NCBI GenBank assembly: GCA_964490075.1
Contig: CAZBBK010000041.1
Coordinates: forward strand, 1-48,628
Source: an uncultured Gemmatimonadota bacterium
GTDB lineage: Bacteria > GCA-2686955
Length of the DNA stretch: 48,628 nucleotides
Reading direction: 5' to 3'
Below are positions 8,440 to 16,992 of this stretch, piece by piece. Position numbers and translations under genes: made by a program. The notes below the pieces were generated by a model, which was given only the letters and a program-made list of their open reading frames with translations, had not been told where the DNA came from and did not search any database. Numbering within the stretch: position 1 is the stretch's first letter; each line of letters opens with the position of its first letter.

Positions 8440-10392
8440 ATGAGTCTTGCTCGCGTGGAACAGGCTTTGCGAAGCGCGCCCGCCCGGCTGCGGCGCGCTT
8501 CCTACTCGCTTCCTCGGCTCTGGTGCGATCCCGGCGGAGACGCCGGCGCCGGCACGCTTGGCGTCGATCCGGTCGACTTCTACTCCGAGCTGATCGCTAC
8601 GCTGCGCTCGCGGCGCGCGCGCAGGGTCCGGGAGCGCGACTGGAGCCGCCGGGCGGTGGTCTACAACCTCTTAGTGCGCCACGCTCTGGCCTTCGATCAC
8701 GACGGCGACGGTGAGATCGGCGGCGCGCCGGGCGATCCGACCCTGAATCGCGACGGCCACCGCGAGACCGGAACCTTGCTGAAGGCGTGCGCGATTCTGC
8801 CTTATCTGAAGCGGATGGGCGTGAACACGCTGCACCTGCTGCCGGTTACTGCGATCGGGCGCCACGGCCGGAAGGGCGAGCTGGGGTCGCCCTATGCCAT
8901 CCGCAACCCGGAGAGGGTCGAGCCGACGCTGGCCGATCCCTTGCTCGGCGAGCTGTCCCCCGAGGTCCAGCTGCGAGCGCTCACCGAGGCGTGCCATCGA
9001 CTCGGCCTGCGGGTGGTGCTCGAGTTCGTGTTTCGCACCGCGGCCCTCGACTCCGACTGGATCGACACGCATCCCGAGTGGTTCTACTGGATCGACTCCG
9101 CGGTGCCGAATCGGCGCGCCGGAATGGCCGATCCGCGGGACGGTTTCGGCGCTCCGGTGTTCGGGCGCAGCGAGCTGCGCGAGATCGTGGGGGCGGTGAC
9201 CGGTGGAGGGAAGGGGGGGACGCGCTCCGGCCGCGCGCTGGCGCGCAGCGTGGCCGCCGGGTTCGGGCGCCTGCACCCCCCCCCGCCGCGCTATCGGCGC
9301 TGGTTCTCGCCGCCCCCGGCGAGGGTCGCGCGCAACGCCGAGGGAGAGGCGATCGGCGCCGGGATGCGGGGGGCGTTGCGCGTTCCCCCCGCCTTCGCCG
9401 ACTGGCCGCCCGACGACACCCAGCCGCCCTGGACCGACGTCACCTACCTGCGGATGTACCAGACGGAGGGCTTCGACTACATGGCCTACAACACGCTCCG
9501 CGCTTACGATCCGGCTCTGGCCCGGCCCGCCCACGAGCTGCGGGCGCTCTGGAAGCGCTTGTGCGGAATCATCCCGCTCTATCAGCGACGCTTCGGCATC
9601 GACGGCGTCATGCTCGACATGGGGCACGCGCTGCCGCCGCGGCTGCTGGGACGGCTGATCGACGAGGCACGGGCGGTCGATCCCGAGGTCGCGATTTGGG
9701 AAGAGACTTTCACCGTGGGGCGGCAGAGCGCCCGCAACGGCTACGACGCGGTGGTCGGCGAGCTGATCTTCTCGGCGCACCGGCCGAGCGCTCTGCGCAA
9801 GTTCGTGCGCTCTTTGCGCCGTCCCACCCCGGTCCCCTTCTTCGCCACCATCGAGAACCACAACACGCCGCGGGGGGCGGCCCGGCCGGCCGGCGGAGAG
9901 GTCGGTTTCGCGGCCTGGGCGCTGTCGCTCTTTCTGCCCGGGGCGATCCCCTTCATCCACGCCGGGTTCGACCTGGAGGAGGGCGCGCCGCTGAACACCG
10001 GACTCGACTTCGACGCTGGCGCGCTCCGCCGGTGGCGCGGGCAGCCGCTCGGGCTCTTCGACCGGTCGGGGATGTCCTGGACCGGGGGGAGCGACTTCGG
10101 CGAGCGTATCGGGCGTCTGCTGGCGCTGCGGGCCGAGCATGCGCCGGCGCTGACCCAGGGGCGGCGGCCGCCGGTCGAAGAGGTCGCTACGATCGGCACG
10201 GGCGGGGTCGCCTTCAGGGTCGACGGTGGTGCCGGAAGTCTTTTGCTGGCAGCCTCTTTGGACGGTCGCGAGGCAGCTCTGATCGGCGCCTGCAAGGGAG
10301 TCGATCTGTGGTCGGGGGCGGTGGTCGACGGGGGCGCGGTGGTGCTGGAACCGGGGCGCTGGATGCTGTTGCGCGAGGACGATTCCGGGTAG
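8440..10392 (+). CDS. GH13 alpha-amylase family protein, maltosyltransferase (maltodextrin glycosyltransferase)-like
   Basis: ETGTLLKACAILPYLKRMGVNTLHLLPV, GELGSPYAI, VLEFVFRT, PPAFADWPPDDTQPPWTDVTYL, nucleophile region GIDGVMLDMGHALP, acid/base WEE. GGAG RBS before ATG 8440. Confidence 0.85.
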   Translation: MSLARVEQALRSAPARLRRASYSLPRLWCDPGGDAGAGTLGVDPVDFYSELIATLRSRRARRVRERDWSRRAVVYNLLVRHALAFDHDGDGEIGGAPGDPTLNRDGHRETGTLLKACAILPYLKRMGVNTLHLLPVTAIGRHGRKGELGSPYAIRNPERVEPTLADPLLGELSPEVQLRALTEACHRLGLRVVLEFVFRTAALDSDWIDTHPEWFYWIDSAVPNRRAGMADPRDGFGAPVFGRSELREIVGAVTGGGKGGTRSGRALARSVAAGFGRLHPPPPRYRRWFSPPPARVARNAEGEAIGAGMRGALRVPPAFADWPPDDTQPPWTDVTYLRMYQTEGFDYMAYNTLRAYDPALARPAHELRALWKRLCGIIPLYQRRFGIDGVMLDMGHALPPRLLGRLIDEARAVDPEVAIWEETFTVGRQSARNGYDAVVGELIFSAHRPSALRKFVRSLRRPTPVPFFATIENHNTPRGAARPAGGEVGFAAWALSLFLPGAIPFIHAGFDLEEGAPLNTGLDFDAGALRRWRGQPLGLFDRSGMSWTGGSDFGERIGRLLALRAEHAPALTQGRRPPVEEVATIGTGGVAFRVDGGAGSLLLAASLDGREAALIGACKGVDLWSGAVVDGGAVVLEPGRWMLLREDDSG

Positions 10393-10520
10393 CGCGGCGG
10401 AGGCGCCGGGAGGTGCCGAGAGGCCGAAAGGGCGTGTCGATTGCGGCGGGCCGCGCGATGAGCCGATAGGCTCTGCACGGGGTGCACGCCCGACGCCGCG
10501 ACGGGGCCTGCGAATCGATC

Positions 10521-11168
10521 ATGCAGATCATCATTGCCGACGACGACGGAATCAGTCGCAAGATCCTGGAACGTTCCCTCGATGAGTGGGGCTACGAGCC
10601 GCTGATCGCCACCGACGGCGGCGAGGCCTGGGAGCTGATTCAGCGACGGGACGAACCGACGCTGATGATCCTGGACTGGATGATGCCGGTCCACGACGGT
10701 CCCGAGCTCTGCCGGCGAATCCGGCCGCGCGAGCAGCTCGAAGGCAGCTACATCATTCTCTTGTCCTCGCGCGAGGGCTCGGGCGACCTGGTGGCTGGGC
10801 TCGATGCCGGCGCCGACGACTTCGTCACCAAGCCCTTCGAGCCGGCGGAGATGCAGGCGCGGATCGACGTGGGCGTGCGGGTGGTGGAGCTGCAGCGCAA
10901 GCTGGCGACCCGCGTGGAGGAGCTGCGCCGGGCGCTGGAGGAGGTCAACCAACTCCAGGGCCTGCTGCCGATCTGTGCCTACTGCAAGCGAATTCGCGAC
11001 GACAAGAACTTCTGGCAGGCGGTGGAGTCCTACGTCGGGGAGCGTTCGGCGGCGGAGTTCAGCCACGGCATCTGCCCCGATTGCCACGCTGAGCACGTGC
11101 AGCCGCAGCTCCAGGAAATGATGCACAGGCGCGAGAAGAAGGGACCGAACGCGGAGGGCAAGGAGTAG
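10521..11168 (+). CDS. Response regulator (REC, coiled coil and Cys-rich C-terminal domain)
   Basis: IIIADDD, LDWMMPVHDG, GADDFVTKPF; C-terminal GLLPICAYCKRIRDD...FSHGICPDC. Confidence 0.92.
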   Translation: MQIIIADDDGISRKILERSLDEWGYEPLIATDGGEAWELIQRRDEPTLMILDWMMPVHDGPELCRRIRPREQLEGSYIILLSSREGSGDLVAGLDAGADDFVTKPFEPAEMQARIDVGVRVVELQRKLATRVEELRRALEEVNQLQGLLPICAYCKRIRDDKNFWQAVESYVGERSAAEFSHGICPDCHAEHVQPQLQEMMHRREKKGPNAEGKE

Positions 11169-11237
11169 GTAGGCGGCGCGGTCCCTTACCATAGGGGGAC
11201 TCTGCCTTGCTCGCCCGGCGCGAATGGAGCCCCCCCC

Positions 11238-13040
11238 ATGTCCCTCGCATCTCGTTCAGCTCGCCACACCCTCGCCCTCCTGGCCCTGACCGTCGCCTGC
11301 GCGGCGCCTGCCTCGGCTGCGACGGTGCATCCCTCGGTCGCCCGCCAGATCGTCCAGGGGCGGGAGCGCCTGAATCTGTGGATCTTCTTCCGGGACAAGG
11401 GGGGTGCTGAGCTCGATCTCGATGCGGCGCTGGAGCGTGCCCGGATGAGTCTGAGCCCGCGCGCGCTCGATCGCCGGGTGCGGCGCTCCCCCGCTGCCGC
11501 CGCCACGACAGTCGGTTACCGCGATATCCCGGTGGCAGCGGAATACGTGGCGGCCCTCGGGCGGGCCGGCGCCACGATCCGCCGCCGCAGCCGCTGGTTG
11601 AATGCCGTGAGCGCCGAAGTGCCGGCTCGGACCCTCGAAGGGATCGCGGAGCTGCCCTTCGTCGCCGAGCTGCGGGTGCTGCGGACGGCGCGCTGGGGGG
11701 AGCCGGAGTGGCAGCTCAGCGAGCGTGCCCGTGCGCGGAGCTCGACCGTCCACAAAATCGACCTGCGCGAGGCGCCGCGCGACGGCTTCGGCTACGACTA
11801 CGGCCTCTCCTTCGATCAGCTCGAGCAGATCGACCTGATCCGCCTGCACGAGATGGGCTACAGCGGCGCCGGGATCCTGGTCGCCATTCTCGACACCGGC
11901 TTCCGCAAGAGCCACGAGGCTTTCGCCGGGGCGCAGGTGGTGGCGGAGCGGGACTTCGTCTTCTGGGACGGAGAGACCGAGGACGAGGGGGAGGACGAGC
12001 CGGGAGCGATGGGGCACGGCACCGCGGTCTGGTCGCTGATCGGCGGCTGGTCGCCGGGGATCGTGATCGGCGGGGCTTTCGATGCCGAGTTCGCGCTCGC
12101 CAAGACCGAGGATGTTCGCAGTGAGACTCGCGTCGAAGAGGACAACTGGGTGGCCGCGGTGGAATGGGCCGACAGCCTGGGCGCCGACATCATCACCTCG
12201 TCGCTCGGCTACTTCGACTTCGACGGCGGCTTCAGCTACTCCTACTCGGATCTGGACGGTCGGACCGCCGTGACCACGCTGGCGGCGGTGGAGGCTCAGC
12301 GGCTCGGCATCGTGGTCTGTAGCTCGATGGGCAACATGGGACCCTTCCCGGGAAGTCTGGCCACCCCAGCCGACGCCGATTCGATCCTCTCGGTGGGTGC
12401 CGTCTACCCGAACGATTTCATCGCGGAGTTCTCGAGCAGGGGGCCGACCGCCGACGCCCGGATCAAACCGGACCTCTGCGCGCGGGGCACCGACGCGGTG
12501 GCGGCCTATTGGAGCGCCCCGGACGACTACACGGTGGACTTCGGCGGCACCTCGGCGGCGGCGCCATTCGTCGCGGCGGCGGCCGCGGTGGCCTTGGAGA
12601 TCCACCCCGAGTGGACGCCGGCCGATCTGATCGCGGCCTTTCGCGCCAGTGCCAGCCGGGCCGGGTCCCCCGACAACGACTACGGCTGGGGGGTGCTGCG
12701 CGCCTACGATGCGGCGATTCCGACCGCGGTCGGCTCACCGAGGGATGCGCCCGATCGGGCGGCTCGGAACCGGCTGCAAGGGGTCGCTCCGAACCCCTTC
12801 AACCCGCGGCTGCGGGTCGCGTTCGAGCTCGGCGCAGCGGGACCGGCGCGGCTGGCGGTGTACGACGCGGCGGGTCGCCTGGTGCGGGTCCTGAGCGAGG
12901 GGCCGATGGGCGCCGGGGAGCAGATTTCGGCCTGGGACGGGCGCGACGGCGCCGGACGATCGCTGGCCAGCGGCGTCTACACGGTGGTGCTGGAGACCGC
13001 TGGGGGGCGCGAGCAGCAGCGTGCCTTGCTTCTGAAGTAG
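11238..13040 (+). CDS. Secreted subtilisin-like S8 serine protease with C-terminal FlgD-Ig (sorting-type) domain
   Basis: Signal peptide; triad ILDTG, HGT, GTSAAAP; KPDLCARG; C-terminal PNPFNP...VYDAAGRLVRVL...WDGRDGAGRSLASGVY. Confidence 0.92.
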   Translation: MSLASRSARHTLALLALTVACAAPASAATVHPSVARQIVQGRERLNLWIFFRDKGGAELDLDAALERARMSLSPRALDRRVRRSPAAAATTVGYRDIPVAAEYVAALGRAGATIRRRSRWLNAVSAEVPARTLEGIAELPFVAELRVLRTARWGEPEWQLSERARARSSTVHKIDLREAPRDGFGYDYGLSFDQLEQIDLIRLHEMGYSGAGILVAILDTGFRKSHEAFAGAQVVAERDFVFWDGETEDEGEDEPGAMGHGTAVWSLIGGWSPGIVIGGAFDAEFALAKTEDVRSETRVEEDNWVAAVEWADSLGADIITSSLGYFDFDGGFSYSYSDLDGRTAVTTLAAVEAQRLGIVVCSSMGNMGPFPGSLATPADADSILSVGAVYPNDFIAEFSSRGPTADARIKPDLCARGTDAVAAYWSAPDDYTVDFGGTSAAAPFVAAAAAVALEIHPEWTPADLIAAFRASASRAGSPDNDYGWGVLRAYDAAIPTAVGSPRDAPDRAARNRLQGVAPNPFNPRLRVAFELGAAGPARLAVYDAAGRLVRVLSEGPMGAGEQISAWDGRDGAGRSLASGVYTVVLETAGGREQQRALLLK

Positions 13041-13043
13041 CCG

Positions 13044-13640
13044 ATGTTCCAGTATCCGATCGGCTCCGAGATCGTGCTCGCGCTGCCGGGGCGCGGCGAT
13101 GCGCAGCGCCTCTTCGCCCAGGTCGACGCCAACCGGGAGCACCTCGCCCCCTGGCTCCCCTGGGTCGAGGAGACCCGCGGCGCCGCCGACTCGGCGGTCT
13201 TCATCGAGGAGGCGCAGAGGGGTTTCGTGGCGCGCCGGGCCCTGCACCTCCTGGTGCTGGTGGATGGAGAGCTGGTCGGCCTGACCAGCCTGCACGCCAT
13301 CGAGTGGGGGATGGGACGGGCCTGCATCGGCTACTGGATCGCGGGGCCGAGGCAAGGCCGCGGCACGATCACGCGCACCACCCGCAGCTTGCTGCACAGC
13401 GCGTTCTGCGACCTGGGGTTGAGCCGGGTGCGAATCCACTGCGCGGAGGGGAATGCGCGCAGCCGCGCGATTCCCGAGCGGCTGGGATTCCGCGTAGTCG
13501 GGCGCGAAGGAGGGTTGGCGGAGGCCGATGCACGCGGCCGCGCGATGGTGGTCTACGAGATGCGGGCGCGCGACTGGGGTCGGGTCAGCGGGGCTTTTCG
13601 CCCCGGAGTAGGCGCGCCAGATGGGGCCAGGGATCGATGA
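13044..13640 (+). CDS. RimJ/RimL-family GNAT acetyltransferase
   Basis: NREHLAPWLPW, IGYWIAGPRQGRG, NARSRAIPERLGF. Confidence 0.9.
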   Translation: MFQYPIGSEIVLALPGRGDAQRLFAQVDANREHLAPWLPWVEETRGAADSAVFIEEAQRGFVARRALHLLVLVDGELVGLTSLHAIEWGMGRACIGYWIAGPRQGRGTITRTTRSLLHSAFCDLGLSRVRIHCAEGNARSRAIPERLGFRVVGREGGLAEADARGRAMVVYEMRARDWGRVSGAFRPGVGAPDGARDR

Positions 13641-14553
13641 CCGTGCGCAGCAGGTCCATGGCCGGTGCGGCGAAGCACGCGAAGTTGGAGCGTCCGCGAT
13701 GGCGTGAGAGGTAGGCGAAGGCCCCGAGGGCCTGGAAGAGCCGCTGCACGACGGTCGCCCGCAGCAGTAGGTCGTCGAAAGCGGGGCCGCCCCAGTGCCT
13801 CAAGAGCGAGCTGCGATCGGCGGCGTCGATCGACACGTAGGGGTCCCAGAGCAAGGAGGCCAGGTCGTAGGCCGCCGGGCCGCGCCTCATCCCGGTCCAG
13901 TCGAGGATCGCCACCGCGCCGCCGCCGATGTGGATGTTGGTCGACTGGAAGTCCCGGTGCATGGTCGCCTGGGGGCCGCCCTGCACCGTGGCAGCCAGCT
14001 CGTCGAGCTCGCGCTCGATCGCCGGGCCGCGCGGGGCCCGCCCCAGCACGCCGAAGAAGTGGTGGGTAAGGCCGTACCAGGTCTCCCAGCGCAGATCGTC
14101 GCGACCGAAGGGCGGCAGCGCGAGCGCGGGCAGCTCGACCGACTGCAGCGTGGCCAGGGCGTCGAGGGCCGCGCGATATGCGGCCCTGACGCGGGCGCTC
14201 AGCGGGCCGCTCGGCAGCGGCGTGGGCGGAGCGAGAGCGCCGGCCGGGCCAAGGTGGTCGCGGGCGACCGAGAGCAGCGAGTCGGGACCGGCATCTTCGT
14301 GCAGGGCCAGCCCTGCGGCGGGCGCGGCGGCGATCAGCCGCGGCACGGCGGCTCCGGCAGTCTCCAGAGCGCGACCGATCGCGAGGATGCGCGCGAGCTC
14401 CTGGCGATCGGGGGTGTGGCTGAGGATGCCGGCGGAGCTGCGCCAGAAGCGTCGCTCGGAGCCGGCGCCATGCAGGGGATCGCCCCCCGCCGCGCCCTGA
14501 GCGCTCAGCAGCTCGGCGGCGCCGGTTGGGAGTTCGGCGGCGGGATCAGACAT
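13585..14553 (-). CDS. amgK: APH-family phosphotransferase, AmgK-like anomeric MurNAc/GlcNAc kinase
   Basis: GAGSERRFWR, HRDFQSTNI, LDW.GMRRGPAAYDLASLLWDPY, QRLFQALGAFAYL. Overlaps the adjacent nucleotidyltransferase gene. Confidence 0.7.
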   Translation of the reverse strand: MSDPAAELPTGAAELLSAQGAAGGDPLHGAGSERRFWRSSAGILSHTPDRQELARILAIGRALETAGAAVPRLIAAAPAAGLALHEDAGPDSLLSVARDHLGPAGALAPPTPLPSGPLSARVRAAYRAALDALATLQSVELPALALPPFGRDDLRWETWYGLTHHFFGVLGRAPRGPAIERELDELAATVQGGPQATMHRDFQSTNIHIGGGAVAILDWTGMRRGPAAYDLASLLWDPYVSIDAADRSSLLRHWGGPAFDDLLLRATVVQRLFQALGAFAYLSRHRGRSNFACFAAPAMDLLRTVIDPWPHLARLLRGEKPR

Positions 14554-15532
14554 CGGCGTTCTCCTCGCTGGCCCCGCCGAGCAGCACTCGGGCCCAGGGC
14601 GCCACGATCGCATCGCGCAACGACTCGCCGGGAGCGAGGGCGGCACCCTCGAAGAGCACCGAGTCGCGGACCTCGGCATCTGCGCCGATCCGACAGTCCC
14701 GTCCCACCACCCCCCAGCCGGCGAGGCGCGCGTCGGGATCGACCTCGGCGCTCGGATCGATCCGCCATCCGGGGCTTCCGGGCGCGGCCGGCAGGCCTTC
14801 GGCCCACTCGGGAAGGGCGCCGCCGAGGATCGCCGCGTGGGCGGTCAGGTAGCGCGCGGGCGTTCCCAGGTCATGCCAGCGGGTATTCTCGGGTCGCCAG
14901 CTCCCCACCTCCAGGCCGGCCTCGAGCGCCGCGTTCAGCGCGGGCACGAAGAGTGCGGGATGGCCGGGGCGCAGGCGCTCCAACAAGGGCCAGTCGAGCA
15001 CCGCGACGCCGGAGTAGGTCCACAAGCGCCGGCTCGGATCGCGCCCGAAGCCGACCACCGATCCGTGGCGATCGACGTCCACCGAATCGGTGGGTGGGTG
15101 CGCGACCAGGGCCAGGGTCAGGGCCAGTCGGCCCGCTCCCAGGCTCCGAGCGCGTGCCCGATGGGCGGCGACCAGGGCCCGCAGGTCGAGGTCGGTGGCG
15201 GCGTCGGCGTTGTGCAGCAGAACCGGCTCGCCGGGCGCGTGCGAGCGCAGCCAGGGCACGAAGCCGGCGATCCCTCCCGCCGGTCCCTGGATCTCCTGCT
15301 CGACGATGATCCGCGCTGGGGCGGCGGGCCCGAGCGAACGCAGGTGCCGGGTCAGCTGGTCCGCGTGGTGATGGGCGTTGACGCCGACCGTCTCCACGCC
15401 GGCGCGACGCATCCGCGCCAGCACGCGGTCGATGGCCGGCACCCCCGCCACGGGGACCAGCGCCTTGGGAAGACGATCGGTGAGTGGAGCCAGGCGGGTG
15501 CCGAGCCCCGCCGCGAGTACGATGCCGTGCAT
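14546..15532 (-). CDS. murU: NDP-sugar pyrophosphorylase, MurU-like nucleotidyltransferase with C-terminal left-handed beta-helix
   Basis: VLAAGLGTRLAPLTDRLPKALVPV, VNAHHHADQL, HNAD, WHDLGTP; hexapeptide-like tail. Paired with the amgK-like gene. Confidence 0.7.
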   Translation of the reverse strand: MHGIVLAAGLGTRLAPLTDRLPKALVPVAGVPAIDRVLARMRRAGVETVGVNAHHHADQLTRHLRSLGPAAPARIIVEQEIQGPAGGIAGFVPWLRSHAPGEPVLLHNADAATDLDLRALVAAHRARARSLGAGRLALTLALVAHPPTDSVDVDRHGSVVGFGRDPSRRLWTYSGVAVLDWPLLERLRPGHPALFVPALNAALEAGLEVGSWRPENTRWHDLGTPARYLTAHAAILGGALPEWAEGLPAAPGSPGWRIDPSAEVDPDARLAGWGVVGRDCRIGADAEVRDSVLFEGAALAPGESLRDAIVAPWARVLLGGASEENADV

Positions 15533-15642
15533 GGATACCTCGTGCCGGGAACGCGACAGATGATCCGGGCATCGGCGAATTCCCGCAAGTCGCCATCCAC
15601 ATCTCTACAATTCGTCTCGCAGCCACCAAACGAGGAGACGAA

Positions 15643-16734
15643 ATGGTCGACTTTCAGCGCATCGCACGCGTCCTGGTCGAACGCCAACTGAGGATCGAGT
15701 CCGGTGAGTTGGTCCGGATCATCGGCGGACCGCACAACCTGGAGCTCGTCGAGGAGATAGCAGTGGCGGTGCGCAAACGTGGCGCCTTCCCGATGGTCGA
15801 GGTGATCTGGGCCAGCCTCGCCAAGCGTCTCACCAACGAGATTCCCGACGATATCCTGCGCCGATCGGGACCGCATCTGCCCGACATCGAGAAGATGGTC
15901 GACTGCTCGATCTCGGTCGCGCCGATCGCCGATCCCGCCGCGTTGGCCGGGATCGACCCCGAGAAGGGCAGAATCCGGGCCGAGGCGGGCAAGGCGGTGC
16001 ACGAGGCGAGCGTGGCGAAGGGGGCGCGGCGCATCGGCATCGGCTTTCCGACGCCAGAGCAGGCGCGGATCTTCTCGATCGAGTTCGATGACTACCAGCG
16101 GCTCTTCTGGTCCGCGGCGACGGCCGACGTCGACCGGATCGGCGAAACCTGCCACCGAATCCGCGACCGGCTGCGGGGGCGCAAGGAGGTGGAGGTGCGG
16201 ACGCCGGGGGGAGGTCGGCTGTGCTTCGCGATCGAAGGGCGCAGGATCAACATGGACGACGGTGTGATCAGCGACGAGGACCGAGAGACCGGCGACATCA
16301 CGGCGAACCTGCCCTTCGGCGAGGTCTACCTGGCGCCGATCGAAGAGAGCGTGAACGGCACGGCGGCGTTCCCGGTCGTGTTTCACGAGGGACGGCGAAT
16401 CGAGGAGCTGACTCTCGAGTTCCGCGCCGGCGCGCTCGCGGGCTCGTCGGCGAAGAGCAACCACCAGGTGTTCTTGAACGCGATGGCGAAGCACACCGGC
16501 GACAAGGAGCGCCTGGGGGAGTTCGGCATCGGCTGCAACCACGAGGTGCACGAACCGATCGGCAACAATCTGCTGGACGAGAAAATCCACGGATCGATCC
16601 ACCTGGCACTCGGCGAGAATCGCAACTACGGCGGCGGCAACTCCTCGTCGCTGCACTGGGACATGATCATGCTGCGCCCGACGGTGTCGGTGGACGGGGC
16701 GATCCTGATCGACGAAGGGCGTTTCGAGCTGTAG
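15643..16734 (+). CDS. M29 aminopeptidase (thermophilic metalloprotease family)
   Basis: NLPFGEVYLAP, LGEFGIGCN, LLDEKIHGSIHLALG, SSLHWDMI. GAGGAG RBS before ATG 15643. Confidence 0.92.
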   Translation: MVDFQRIARVLVERQLRIESGELVRIIGGPHNLELVEEIAVAVRKRGAFPMVEVIWASLAKRLTNEIPDDILRRSGPHLPDIEKMVDCSISVAPIADPAALAGIDPEKGRIRAEAGKAVHEASVAKGARRIGIGFPTPEQARIFSIEFDDYQRLFWSAATADVDRIGETCHRIRDRLRGRKEVEVRTPGGGRLCFAIEGRRINMDDGVISDEDRETGDITANLPFGEVYLAPIEESVNGTAAFPVVFHEGRRIEELTLEFRAGALAGSSAKSNHQVFLNAMAKHTGDKERLGEFGIGCNHEVHEPIGNNLLDEKIHGSIHLALGENRNYGGGNSSSLHWDMIMLRPTVSVDGAILIDEGRFEL

Positions 16735-16992
16735 CGGAAAGTTTTTCCGGCTCCGCGCGGCGGTGACGGAATTCGCCCGGCCCTCTGCCGGGATTGCCCC
16801 AGAAGGGCGCCGGGAGCGGGTCGACGCGACTTCGCTCGTTTGCATACAAGTCCGGCGCCTGGTGGTGCAAGTCGTTGACCGTCAAGGGATGTGCTCCATC
16901 GCGCCCGGCCGGCTCGGAGCGGCACCGTCTTTGCGTAGGTCGTTGCGGGTAGCCAGGCGGGCGGGCGTTCTGGCAAGTTGAAAGGGGCCGCA

